From Octopus sinensis (taxonomy: Eukaryota): a stretch of 64,000 nt of DNA. This document shows, piece by piece, positions 1 through 12,656 of this stretch (its first letter is position 1; each line of letters starts with the position of its first letter). The translations under genes were made by a program, and so were the position numbers. A model generated the notes under the pieces. The model was given only the letters and a program-made list of their open reading frames with translations. It was not told the DNA's origin and did not search any database. The DNA lies in assembly GCF_006345805.1 (NCBI RefSeq), contig NC_043000.1, positions 29,512,001 to 29,576,000 on the forward strand, given 5' to 3'.

Positions 1-116
1 CTCTCTCTCTCTCCTCTCCGTTATCATTGTTCTGTTGCTTATATCACATTTCTCTTAACCTATCTCTCTACCCTCCTATCTCTCTACCCTCCTGCACCTC
101 ATTCTCCATCATAACA

Positions 117-178
<62 letters not shown>

Positions 179-362
179 ACTGTATATATGTATATACACG
201 CATATCTTTTATTCATTGTCTATGTTATGCACACAACACACACACTCCGCGCACACACACACACCAACACACATACACACAAACACACACATACACACAC
301 ACATATATATACGCATACACACGTATATAATCTTTTATTCATAGACCTGCCTGCCTGTTTCA

Positions 363-426
<64 letters not shown>

Positions 427-776
427 GTATATATATATATATGTATTTGTATGTGTGTATGTATATATATAGATATATATATATATATATATATATATGA
501 GGAAAAAAGAAATCTATTTCCACCGAATCAGCATCATCAGCATCCGAGTAAGAACTGATCGTGTTTTCAATTAATTTATTGGCAATTTGATCAGTTATCT
601 CACCAAATCATTATAATAAAAAGTCTGGAATTAATCCAAGTTAATTCTGTCAAGTCTGACATATCGTGGCAATGCATCACGAAAATATACGAAACGGAGA
701 CAAACAGACCAACAATCTAAAGAAGAAGAACAAGAAGAAGCGAAATCTATTCTTGTTTCTTTACTTTCAATCAATT

Positions 777-876
777 NNNNNNNNNNNNNNNNNNNNNNNN
801 NNNNNNNNNNNNNNNNNNNNNNNNNNNNNNNNNNNNNNNNNNNNNNNNNNNNNNNNNNNNNNNNNNNNNNNNNNNN
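777..876. other. Assembly gap (100 N)
   Basis: Run of exactly 100 N, a typical scaffolding placeholder. Confidence 0.99.
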
Positions 877-988
877 AAGTCAAACATACATAATTCTCTT
901 TATTTGCATAGACGCACAATGCATTAAAGCTGCATTTAAAAAAAAAGGAGAGAGAGAGAGAGAAGAGATTTACTTCCTTAATAACATT

Positions 989-1052
<64 letters not shown>

Positions 1053-1223
1053 GAAGAGAAACGCAAATACGGGCACATTCACTCATACATTCACATGTAC
1101 ACACCACACACATACACACTGAAACACATGCGATCAATAAGCAAAAACTACCGTCTCGCATCACGTGTTTAGTAAAGCAAAGAAAATAATTACCATCACA
1201 ACTACTCTGTGTATATATATGTA

Positions 1224-1264
<41 letters not shown>

Positions 1265-1356
1265 CATACACACATATATATATATACATACTATATATAT
1301 ACATATACATATATATGTATAATACATATATATATATATATTCATACATATATAAT

Positions 1357-1387
<31 letters not shown>

Positions 1388-2950
1388 TATATCTTATATA
1401 CACATACATATATACTTATATATTATATACATATCAATTATATATATATTATATATATATATATATATACACATACATGTACACATACATATATACATTC
1501 TTATAGAGAATTTCACATACAGTAAACATCCACACACATACACACACACAGAGACAGATGCGCACATCTCTGTCTTATTCTATTCCTGATTGTGCTTTAT
1601 ACGCGCTCTAATTGTATTTTGTTCATCCACTTCCCGCCCCCGCCTGCATCGAATCCTGCACCTTAATGGAGCAGCACAAGAATATACCGTTATCTTGCTC
1701 CCCCCTACTCTCTCTCTCTCTCTCTCTCCCTCTCTCTGCATCTCCCTGTTCTTTCTCTCCCTTCCTACCCTCTTATCCTCTTTATACATTCCTGACTACT
1801 CCTGTCTGATAATCTTCAGTCACAGACTAACATGCCATGTGTAATACGCAACGGCAAGGATAAGCTGCCTTTTTTATTCTCTTATTCTGTCATTCGCTTA
1901 TTCTGTCATTCTTTCAGTTCGTTCATTCACGAATACTTCGCACTACTCCCCGGTAAAGATACATCTTTTCTATTTCTTAAATCATCAAAACTAATGAAAT
2001 AATATATTATCTGCCCTTGAATATCTCCTGGTCCGTCTCGAGTTCTACGACTCACACGGTCGGCTATTCAGTTTCCATAGCGTATAGGTAACCGAGGTCA
2101 CAACATCCTACTCTCCTGGATAGGACGCTAGTCTGTCGCAGGTTTTATCCTTTGCACCTGGGTGGATTGCACCAAAGGGAAAAAAAAGTGTTGCGCTTAA
2201 AACACAACGCAGTGCTTTATCCAGGGATAGAAACCGTGGTCTTTCGATCGTGTGATCAAAGCCCTTGCCTTTGCTCAGGCAAGTTGGATGGCCACATAAT
2301 TACATAGTTACTTATATGTCCCTCTCTATTACGTAGCACAATACTAATCAACAAGGAAACACATCGTTTATCCTTTACTTCTTTCAGTCATTGGACTGCG
2401 GCCATGCTGGGGCATCACCTTCAATGATTTTAGTTGAATGAAGGGACTCCAGTTGTTTTGTTTTTGTTTGGAGCCTTATTCTGTCGGTTTCTTTTGGCGA
2501 CCCGATAGGTTACAGACATAAGCACATCAACATCGGTCGTCAAGCGGTGGTAGGGAACACACACAAATACAAAGACAGACAGACAGACAGACACACACAC
2601 ACACACACACACACACAGCAAACACTAACGCACGCACACACGTGCACATACATACATACACACACAATCACACACGACGTGCTTCTTTCAGTTTTCGTCT
2701 ATTAAATCCATTCACAGGGATTCGATCGGCCCGTGCCTATTGTAGGAAACACTACCCCAAGGTGCCACGCTGTGGGACTGAAGCTGGAATCATGAGGTTG
2801 GAAAGTGAGATACGTAAATGAGTTGTTAATTGGATGAATATTGGCCACTTCAACAGAAAAAAAAGAATTTTAAACCATTTCCCACTAGGCTGCATAACGT
2901 CTTTGATATCCATAAATAGATACATTAGTTCAGGCCTATTTGTCACAAGC

Positions 2951-3033
2951 AGCACGATGGCCGAGTGGTTAAGGCGTTGGACTTAAGTTCCAATGGACAA
3001 GTGTCCACGTGGGTTCGAACCCCACTCGTGCTA
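2951..3033 (+). tRNA. tRNA-Leu-TAA: tRNA-Leu(UAA)
   Basis: AGCACGA-TGGCCGAGTGGTTAAGGCG-TTGGA-CTTAAGT-TCCAA, long variable arm, GTGGG-TTCGAAC-CCCAC-TCGTGCT-A. Type II cloverleaf, A73 discriminator, A and B boxes, T5 run downstream. One change outside the stems (GTCCAC). Confidence 0.93.
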
Positions 3034-3333
3034 ATTCGTTTATTTTTATCTTTAGATATAAACATGACTATGTGGTCAGGGAACTCGATTTTCAACCACG
3101 TTGTATCGTGTTCAGTTGCACTGCCTTGCTTCTTGGGCATACATCTTGTATTGTAGTCTCGGATCAACGAAAGTGATAGTGAGGGGATCTGTTCTTCTGA
3201 ATTAATCCTTAGTTTACGATGTGCTTTTTTTTCAATTTAACTTTACATCATGTTTCATTTGTTTTGGTGCAGAATGGCCATTACAGGTCTTAATCTTGGA
3301 ATATATATATATATACACATACATACATACATA

Positions 3334-3477
3334 TGTCACAAAATATTACAATATATATATACATTCTTTGATAATAATAACAACACTTTAAAAACAGTTT
3401 TTCCTTGTAAACTGTTTTTAACATGTTCTTATTATTACCAAAGAATGTATATATATATATTGTAATATTTTGTGACA
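3334..3477. repeat. Imperfect palindrome (about 68-bp arms, 8-nt loop)
   Basis: TGTCACAAAATATTACAATATAT..AAAAACAGTTT-ttccttgt-AAACTGTTTTT..ATATTGTAATATTTTGTGACA. Confidence 0.9.
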
Positions 3478-3723
3478 ACCAGTACCTAACACAAAAAAAC
3501 TTTTACATGTTATTTTTGACAATCTTTTTCTAAAAAAGTGAAACAGGTCAAGTGAATAAGCATCTTTTAAAATTGCCTTTTCAAACCTTCTTTCATATAT
3601 AATTCCACTCGTGCGGTACCTTACAACTTCACTTTGTTATATATATATATATATATAATGATAAATCTCAGAGCGAGTTATAAACAGTAGCGGTAACACA
3701 ATGTGATGCATATATGCATCACG

Positions 3724-3756
<33 letters not shown>

Positions 3757-3758
<2 letters not shown>

Positions 3759-4135
3759 CGTCGTTGCGCAGTAAGAAGCTTACTTCCAGGTTCAGTCCCA
3801 CTGCGTGGTAATTTGGGTGTCTTCTACTATAGCCTGCCGCGGAACATATCCTTGTGAGAGGATTGTAGACAGAAACTGAAAGAAGCCCGTCGCATAGATA
3901 TATGTATATATTTATGTGTGTGTATGTGTGCGGGTGTGCGCGTTTATTCCCCACCATCGCTTGACAACAGATACTGGGGTGTTTATGTTCTCGTAGCGTA
4001 GTGTTCGACTAAAGAGACCGATAGAATAAGTACTAGGCATATAAAGAATAAGTCCTGGAGTCAATTTCTTCGACTAAAAGCATTTGAGGTGGTGCTCCGG
4101 CATGGCCGCAGTAAAATCATTGAAACAAATAAGTG
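3757..4135 (+). mobile_element. SINE family 1 copy
   Basis: Homologous to 11856-12525 without the nested insert. Confidence 0.8.
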
Positions 4136-4148
4136 ATTTAAAGAATAT

Positions 4149-4281
4149 AATACCTTAGGAATGAGAAAACAGGTTCGAAATTTCCCCAAGACACCTGATG
4201 AAGGCTGGAAGGTATATCAGCAGAAACGTTGTGTTAACAACAAAAAAGATGAGGAGAAATATCCGTCAAATGTAAATAATT
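4149..4281 (+). mobile_element. Penelope-type 3' terminal fragment
   Basis: Colinear homolog of 57700-57842; contains a hammerhead motif. Confidence 0.72.
4191..4234 (+). ncRNA. Minimal hammerhead ribozyme (stem II closing mismatch)
   Basis: ACAC-CTGATGA-A-GGCTG(GAAGGTATAT)CAGCA-GAAA-CG-TT-GTGT. Confidence 0.72.
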
Positions 4282-4495
4282 TAAAGAATATGTACATACA
4301 CACCGACGAGACAAGTAAGACAGACAGGCAGAAGATACAAAAGCCCCACCCCCTAATATTCGGACCGGCCGAGGACTATAATAGAAGATACTTGCATAAG
4401 TTACAGTGGGATTGAACACGAAACAACGTGTTTGCAAATCAAGCTTCTTCACCACATAGCCATCAATGTGCCTAAAATATAATATAAAGAAATAT

Positions 4496-4578
4496 TAGCA
4501 CGAGTGGGGTTCGAACCCACGCGGACACTTGTCCATTGGAACTTAAGTCCAACGCCTTAACCACTCGGCCATCGTGCT
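4496..4578 (-). tRNA. tRNA-Leu-TAA: tRNA-Leu(UAA), the only intact minus-strand copy
   Basis: Exact reverse complement of the array consensus, 83 nt. Confidence 0.95.
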
Positions 4579-4855
4579 GCTAACGCTATTACTTTCAGAA
4601 ATAATGTATCTGTTTATGAAATCCAGTCAAGTGCTAATTGTTTTACAAACTTTTATCTCTAATGATGTGGTTAATAATTAGAGACTTCATAATCTGATTA
4701 ACAACTCATTTACATATTTCGCTTCCAAGCCACATAGTTCCAGGCTCAGTCTCAATAATTCGCGCATTAGCCGCGAGCCGACCACTTATTCGTGACTGGA
4801 TTTGATAGGCGGAAACTGAAAGAAGGGAAGGTCGTCGTGTGTATATATATATATA

Positions 4856-6457
4856 TACTAGCAGAGGTACCCGGCATTGCCCGTGTTACATACAATTGAA
4901 GAATTAGACCTTTCTGTTATATTTTCTCTAATGAACTGGAATATCTGTTTCGAATTTCATCAAAATTTCAGATGAGGATTATTTCCCTCTTTACACATCA
5001 CAAAAAAATTGTAATCGTGCTACATATATCCCATACTACTGATTTTTATGCGCATATTCCAAAATTCCAGTCTTATTGAACCTGTTAAAAAGATTTTGCT
5101 CCTGAAAAATGAAGGTCATAGAGCTCTAAAATGTGAGAGTTAAGGCCCCTGTTGAGGGTGGGCATCTTAATGTCAAGCAGAGAAGTTGAATTTTTGAGAA
5201 TCTTTTTTACTTGGGCCTTATATCTATTGTTTGAATTTCTTTGAAATAGGAAATATATGTTCACTGGATTTGCAGTCAGTTACCCTACCTTAGTCGTCAC
5301 CACTCCCAATGTAGGATTCCTCACCATGCAGGTGACAGGCACAGCCGTAAGACGCATTACGAATCTATAGCAATTGGAAGGGCGTGACCCAACTGAAATA
5401 AACATTAACGACTGTGTGACGTGAGGGCTAAGGAGAAATGAAAGTTGGAGTTTGCAAATGACCACTATACTGATACGTAATTGGACAGAATAAATATGCA
5501 ATCTATAAATGACTTTAAATAACCAGTCACTTATCTGGGAAGGCCTTAAAATCAATGTTACCATGTGGGGACTATGTGTGACCCAGTGATGATAAAAAGA
5601 CTGAAAGGTGGTCTGCAATCAAATAACTTTACTCAACACTTTGCAACTGAATCAGTGGAGGAAAAAATGCCTTTCATTTACTTGTCAATTTATGCAGCAC
5701 ATTGCAGAAATCACAATCTAAGTGTATATCAGAGCAAACTGTTACTCTGTTTCACCATTGAATTACAAATAATGCTCATCTTCTATGCTCGGATGACCCC
5801 ACAGCTTCCAAGAGTAAAACTATTCGTCCTTGCTTAAATAAAATGACAAAATTGTGGGTGTTAAATTCCCATGAAGGGGTCATTCTAACTTGTAAGAAGA
5901 TGAAATTTTATAAATATTACTTCATTTGTAGCTAATATCTATGGTTAAAATTTCATCAACAGCAAAAATATATGAATTGTCATGGAGGTTGTGGTCCTTA
6001 TGCATAGAATATAATTCCCAAATTTCGTAAAGATCCATTCAGTACTTTTGACTTAGTTTTGGATCAGAAGAGAAATGAATAAAATTTGGGAGTTAAGGCC
6101 CCCATTAGAGTGTCTTAGAATCCTTATGTGAAGTGGAAACTTTGAGAATACTTCTTGATGTGTGTCAATTACCCATGGTTGAAATTTCATCAACATCGAA
6201 AATTTATGTATTTTCATGGGGGTTCTGCCCCCTGTAAGCCATCCGAAATTCAAACCAAACATATTGCATTATATCCGCCCGTATGCATTGGATCTAAGTT
6301 TCAAATATCATAAGGATCCATTCAGAAATTTTGGTCCATGAAATTGTATAAAACTTCGATTTTGTGTTCCAAATTTCATTATGATCGGTGCAGCAGTTTT
6401 CGAATGTATAAGTAATACACGAACACATAAATACATTGTCTTTGATATAATAAATAT
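4856..6457 (+). mobile_element. Putative non-autonomous Helitron-like element
   Basis: Starts TACTAGCAGAGGTACCCGGCATTGCCCG at a (TA)n tract and ends CCAAATTTCATTATGATCGGTGCAGCAGTTTT...ACATTGTCTTTGATAT. Internal AAATTTCATCAAC and GTTAAGGCCCC subrepeats. Termini resemble Lep1/Helentron-associated elements (recognition from memory). Confidence 0.5.
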
Positions 6458-6517
6458 GAATGTACACATATACATACATGTATAAATATATGTGTGTGTG
6501 TATTATATATATATATA

Positions 6518-6563
<46 letters not shown>

Positions 6564-6787
6564 AAGATAAATTGATAGATACACTTGAGTGGGCAAACAA
6601 AAATGTAAGCCTGGTACTTATTCTATTAGTTTCTTCTTGGGAAACCAGTAAGTTATGGGGATGTAAATAAACGAACAGCAGTTGTGAAGCAGTGATGAGG
6701 GGGAAACACAGAAACAAATTCACACACATACACTTAAATATATACATACATATATATACTATTGATTTCTTTAAGTTTCTGTCTACA

Positions 6788-6850
<63 letters not shown>

Positions 6851-7687
6851 GTACACACACACACACACACACACAAAGATAAATTGTGTGGGCAAACAAA
6901 AATATGAGATACTGCCTAGTGGTTTTTTATTTTATTTTGATAAACCTGGTACTTATTCTATCAGTTTCTTATTGTGAAACCAGTAAGTCATGGGAAACTC
7001 AAAGACACACACACAGACTTACATATATACATACATATATATACGATTGATTTCTTTCAGTTTCTGTCTACAAAATCCACTAACAAGGCTTTAGTTGGTC
7101 TGAGGCTATAGCAGAAGACACATGCCAAGTTACCACACAGTGGGACTGAACTGAGGACCATGTGCTTTGGAACGTTGTTTGTTACCACACAGCCACACCT
7201 GCACCTGTGTGTGTATGTGTGTATATATGTATGCATGCCTATATGTGAATATATATGTGTACATATTACATGTACATCTATATATATATATACATCTACA
7301 CATATACATGTATACATATACATATATGTGTGTGTGTGTGTGTGTGTAAGACGCATGCTTCCGGGTTCAGTCTCAATGCATGGTACCTTGGGCAAGCGTC
7401 TTCTACTATAGCCTCGGGAAGACCAAAGCCTTGTGAGTGGATTTGGTTGACGGAAACTGAAAGAAGTCCATCGCATATATATACCATTATATTTATGTGT
7501 GTGTCTTTGCTTGTTGCTCTCTATCGTCGCTTGACAACCGATGACGGTGTGTTTATGTCCCCGTAACTGAGCGGTTGGGGTAAAGAGAATGATGGAATAA
7601 ATACCAGGTTTACAATTTCTTCGATTAAAACGCTTTAAGGCGGTGCTCCAGTATGACGGCAGCCAAATGACTGAAATAAGTAAAGCA

Positions 7688-7728
<41 letters not shown>

Positions 7729-7957
7729 CACACACACAAACATACCAAATAGTTCAGGCAGACAGGCAGACAAACAATAGTAAAGGCCAAACCCATTAAT
7801 ATTTGCACTGGTCGGTGGCTACACGACAAGATACTTGCACAAGATGCCACGCAGTGGGAGTGAACACGAAACAACGTGGTTGCAAATCAAGCTCCTTCAC
7901 CATATAGCTATCCCTGCTAAAAATAAAATATGAAGAAATATTAGCATGAAGAAATAT

Positions 7958-8017
7958 TAGCGGACACTAGGCCATTGAAACTTAAGTCCAACGACTTAAC
8001 CATTCGGCCATCGTGCT
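7958..8017 (-). pseudogene. tRNA-Leu(UAA) pseudogene lacking the T-arm
   Basis: 5' half recognisable. About 23 nt covering the T-arm/B box are deleted at a GC microhomology, with a 16-bp tandem duplication at 7930-7961. Confidence 0.88.
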
Positions 8018-9859
8018 GCTAACGCTATTACACCCAGAAATAATGTATCCGTTTATGAAATCCAGTCAAGCGCTAATCGTTTTGCAATGTTTCATGTCTA
8101 ATGATGTGTTTAATAATTAGAGACTTTATATTCTGATTAACAACTCATTTACATATTTCTGTTTCTAGCCACAGAATTCCGGGCTCAGTCTCAATAATTC
8201 ATGCACTAGCCGCAAGCCGACCACTTCCTTGTGACTGGATTTGATAGGCGGAAACTGAAAGAACTCCGTCGTGTGTATGTGTGTGTGTATATATATATAT
8301 ATACATTTATATATCATGTGTGTATGTATAATGTGTGGATATGTGACATTGTGTCTATGTTTGCCCACCCGTCGCTACTGGACAACCAGTGCTGTTGTAC
8401 TTATGTCTCCGTAAACAAGCGGTTCGGCAAAAGAAGAGTGATAGAATACCAGGCTTAAAAACAAAACAATAAGTAATGCAGTCGATTCATTCGACTAAAA
8501 GTCTTTCAAGCCGGTGCCCCAGCTTGGCCGCAGTCTAATGACTGAAACAAGTAAAAGATAAGATGTATAAGATATACATATTTGACTGCAGTCATGTTGG
8601 AGCACTGCCTTTAGTCTGAGAAATCAACGCTACGACACGCATATAAATATATGTATTTGACGGGCTTCTTTCAGTTTCCGTCTATCAAGGCTTTGGTCGG
8701 CCCGACGCTATAGTAAAAGACTCTTGCCGAAGTTACCACGCAATAGGACTGAACCTAGATCTCAGTGCTTGGAGAGTGGCTGAATGCCGTTGGAGAACTT
8801 ATTCAAATTTTGAGACAAAGCCAGCAATTTCGGGGAGGAATTAATTTGATCACATCGACTCCAGTACTCAACTGGTACTCATTTTATGGACGCCTAAAGG
8901 ATAAAAGGCAGAGTCGACCTCGGCAAAATTTGAACTCAGAATGTCGAGTCGGACGAAATGCTAAGTAATTTGCATGGCGTGCTAACGATTCTGCCAGCTC
9001 GCCGCCTTTAGGAGAACTTCTTGTTACTGGCGGTCTTTTTAAATACATTAAAAGACAGAGCAACAGAGCGTAGTTGGCTGGATCGGAGGGCTTACTATAT
9101 ATTAGAACCTCTGTGCGGGTATCGCCACATTCATGGCGGTCTCTCTTGAAACATGGAGAAAGTCGCAGAAGTGACGAGACTAGAGTATTTCTTGGTTTGA
9201 CCACCGTTAGAATGGGTAAGTAATGGCTGGGTTGCCTAACCTACAGGATGCCATCGCTGTGAAACAGTGCCAAGTGCTAGACCACGTATAACGCAGGTCT
9301 ACAGACGTAGAAACATACATTATCACATACATAACATACATACGTGCACACACACACAGAAACACATACATACACACATTCACTGATACATACATAAACT
9401 CACATATACACGCACACACACATACATACACACAAATTCACAACCACATACACATATATACGCATACATACATATAAACACATACATGCACATACCTACA
9501 TACACACATACATACACACATACATGCACTCATACACACATACATACACACATACATACAAGCATGCATATATACTACCTACACACAATACACACACACG
9601 ACGGCTTCTTCCAGTTTTCATCTACCAAATCTACTCACAAGCATTTGATTGGACCGCGCCTATAGCAAGAGACACTACCCTAATGTGCCAGGCAGTGGGA
9701 CTGAACCTGGCCTGGAACCATGTGCCTGGGAGCTGTTGATAGGTTAATTACTGAGCACTTCATTAGAAAAGAAAGAACTTTAAACCATTTCCGTCTTGGC
9801 CGCATGCTAGTTTCATCTCCATAAACAGATACATTATTTCCGAAGACTTAAACACGAGC

Positions 9860-9942
9860 AGCACGATGGCCGAGTGGTTAAGACGTTGGACTTAAGTTCC
9901 AATGGTCAAGTGTCCGCGTGTGTTCGAACCCCACTCGTGCTA
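9860..9942 (+). pseudogene. tRNA-Leu(UAA), probably non-functional
   Basis: Full length, but mismatches in the D-stem (AAGAC), variable stem (TGGTC) and T-stem (GTGTG). Confidence 0.75.
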
Positions 9943-10552
9943 TTTCGCGTTTATTTTATTTTTAGAAATAAACATGACTATGTAGTCAGGGAGCGAGATT
10001 TTCAACAACGATGTGTCGGGTTCAGTTGAACTTCGCTGCTTCTTGTGCAAGTATCTTCTGTTCTCCCTGATTTACGAAAGTGATAGTGAGGTGGATCTGT
10101 TCTACTGAAACCCTTCAATGCGTTTATAAATCCATATATATATGCGTCGCATATATATATAGGGATATAGACACGCATACCTTTACCGTGGTTCTCAGAG
10201 AGATTCAGTATGACACAGAATGTGACATATTTGGTCCGTTTGAATAACATGTACAACACATTTTTGCAAGCTGAGTTGACTGGAGTAAAATGAAATAAAG
10301 TGTCTCACACAGTTAACGAGCCGCCGGAAATCGAACTCAGTATCTTACGATTGTGTGACCAGTACTCTAACCATTAAGCCACACATCTTGACTCATACAT
10401 ACATAAACACACTCATACATACATACATACTTACATACATACACACACATACATATATACATACATACATACATACATACATACACACATACATACACAC
10501 ATACATACATACACACATACATACACACATACATACATAAACTCACATATAA

Positions 10553-10872
10553 GGAGCACTCCGTCGGTTACGACAACGAGGGTACCAACTGGTACGATCA
10601 GCGGAACAGCTTGCTCCTCAAATTAACATGCAAGTTGCTGAGCACTCCACAGACACATGTAACCTTAACGTAGTTCTCAAGTAGATTCAGGGTGGCGCAG
10701 AGTGTGATAAGGCTGGCCCTTGGAAATACAGGTACTACTCATTTTTGCCAGCTGAATGGACTGGAGCAACGTGAAATAAAATGTCTTGCTCAAGGACACA
10801 ACGCATCGCCGTGAATTGAACTCACGACATCAGGATCATGAGTCAAATGCCCTAACCACTAAGCCACGCACC
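10553..10872 (-). mobile_element. SINE family 3 (tRNA head, TTGTGTCCTTGAGCAAGAC body)
   Basis: A/B boxes at the right end. Paralogs at about 17578-17897, 22482-22789, 31389-31703, 31771-32090 and 35590-35975. Confidence 0.8.
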
Positions 10873-11340
10873 TTCACAAACTCACATATACATGCACACA
10901 TCCACACGCACATACATACACAGAAATACACAACATATACACATACATACACACGTATATACACATACAGACAACATACATACATACACACATATATCGT
11001 CATACATACACTCATACATACACACATACATACATACATACATACATACATATTTACATACTTACATACTTACATACTTACATACATACTTACATACACA
11101 CAATACACACACACGACGGACTTCTTTTAGTTTTCGTCTACCAAATCCACTCGATCGGCCCACGTCTATAGCAAGAAACATCAGCCCAATTTTCCACGCA
11201 GTGGGACTGAACCTGGAACCATGAGGCTGGAAATTGAAATACGTAAATGAGTTGTTAACTGGTTGAGTATTGGCCACTTCATTAGAAATGAAAGAATTTT
11301 AAACCATTTCCCTCTTGGCTGCATGGCTAGTTTCATCTCA

Positions 11341-11360
11341 ATAAACAGATACATTATTTC
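11341..11360 (+). promoter_or_regulatory. Conserved upstream element of the tRNA-Leu genes (ATAAACAGATACATTATTTC, -39..-20); representative copy
   Basis: Recurs at the same distance upstream of plus- and minus-strand copies (e.g. 4598-4617 and 26405-26423 on -). Confidence 0.65.
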
Positions 11361-11379
11361 CGAAGCATTAAACACGAGC

Positions 11380-11462
11380 AGCACGATGGCCGAGTGGTTA
11401 AGGCGTTGGACTTAAGTTCCAATGGACAAGTGTCCGCGTGGGTTCGAACCCCACTCGTGCTA
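11380..11462 (+). tRNA. tRNA-Leu-TAA: tRNA-Leu(UAA)
   Basis: Consensus sequence; T6 terminator directly downstream. Confidence 0.95.
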
Positions 11463-11855
11463 TTTCTTTTTTATTTCTAGACATAAACAGGTGGCTGTGT
11501 AGCAAGACGCTTGCTTCCCAATTACATGCTTCCGGGTTCAGTCTCAATGAGTGGTACCTTGGGCAAGTGTCTTCTACTATAGCCTTGGGAAGACCAAAGT
11601 CTTGTGAGTGGATTTGGCTGACGGAAACTGAAAGAAGTCCGTCGTATTTTTAAACGTATATATTTATGTATATCTATGCTTGTCCCTCCCTATCGTCGCT
11701 TGACAACCGATGATTGTGTGTTTATGTCCCGGTAACTGAGCGGTTGGGCGAAAGAAAACGATGGAATAAATACTAGGCTTATAATTTACTCGACAAAAAC
11801 CTCTGACGGCAGTCAAATGACTGAAACAAGTAAAACAATAAAAGAACGTATACAT

Positions 11856-12279
11856 AGGCGCAGGAGTGGCTGTGTGGTAAGTAGCTTGCTAACCAAGCAC
11901 ATGGTTCCGGGTTCAGTCCCACTGCGTGGCATCTTGGGCAAGTGTCTTCTGCTATAGCCCCGGGCCGACCAATGCCTTGTGAGTGGATTTGGTAGACGGA
12001 AACTAAAAGAAGCCTGTCGTATATATGTATATATATATATTTCTTTACTACCCACAAGGGGCTAAACACAGAGGAGACAAACAAGGACAGACAAACGGAT
12101 TAAGTCGATTACATCGACCCCAGTGCGTAACTGGTACTTAATTTATCGACCCCGGAAGGATGAAAGGCAAAGTCGACCTCGGCGGAATTTGAACTCGGAA
12201 CGTAACGGCAGACGAAATACGGCAACGCATTTCGCCCGGCGTGCTAACGTTTCTGCCAGCTCGCCGCCTTATGTATATA

Positions 12280-12320
<41 letters not shown>

Positions 12321-12525
12321 TTGTGTGTCTGTGTTTGTCCCCCTAGCATTGCTTGACGACCGATGCTGGTGTGTTTACGTCCCCGTCACTTGCGGTTCGG
12401 CAAAATAGACCGATAGAATAAGTACTGGGCTTACAAAGAATAAGTCCCGGGGTCGATTTGCTCGACTGAAGGCGGTGCTCCAGCATGGCCGCAGTCAAAT
12501 GACTGAAACAAGTAAAAGAGAAAAA
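11856..12525 (+). mobile_element. Major SINE family 1 (CORE-like CCTTGGGCAAG body, internal TA/TG microsatellite) with nested family-2 SINE
   Basis: GTGGCTGTGTGGTAAGTAGCTTG head, GGAAACTGAAAGAAGCCCGTCG, tail CAAATGACTGAAACAAGTAAAAG. Absent from paralogous units at about 18915 and 28258. Confidence 0.85.
12039..12269 (-). mobile_element. SINE family 2 (GCTGGCAGAAACGTTAGC head, CCCCTTGTGGGTAGTAAAGAAAT tail)
   Basis: Full-length copy inserted in the (TA)n of a family-1 SINE. Confidence 0.85.
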
Positions 12526-12656
12526 GAGAATACATACACACACACAGACCAAATAGGTAAGACAGACAGGCAGACAAACGGGCTGTCATTCAGACAATAG
12601 AAAGGCCTCACGCCACCTAATATTCGGATCAGTCGGGGACTACAATACAAGATACC

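Noticed and set aside
1-776. Continuity of sequence across the gap
   Set aside because: The 100-N gap has unknown true length, so no structure spanning it was inferred.
27-1506. ORFs rich in YI/HT/CV dipeptides (also throughout 16-17, 21, 30, 37-43, 46, 53 and 62 kb)
   Set aside because: They are translations of (TA)n, (CA)n and (CATA)n microsatellites, which lack stops in some frames.
2965-3156. Recurrent ORFs MVKALDLSSNG.. and MDKCPRGFEPHS..
   Set aside because: They are the tRNA-Leu gene and its flank read in frame; the recurrence reflects tRNA duplication.
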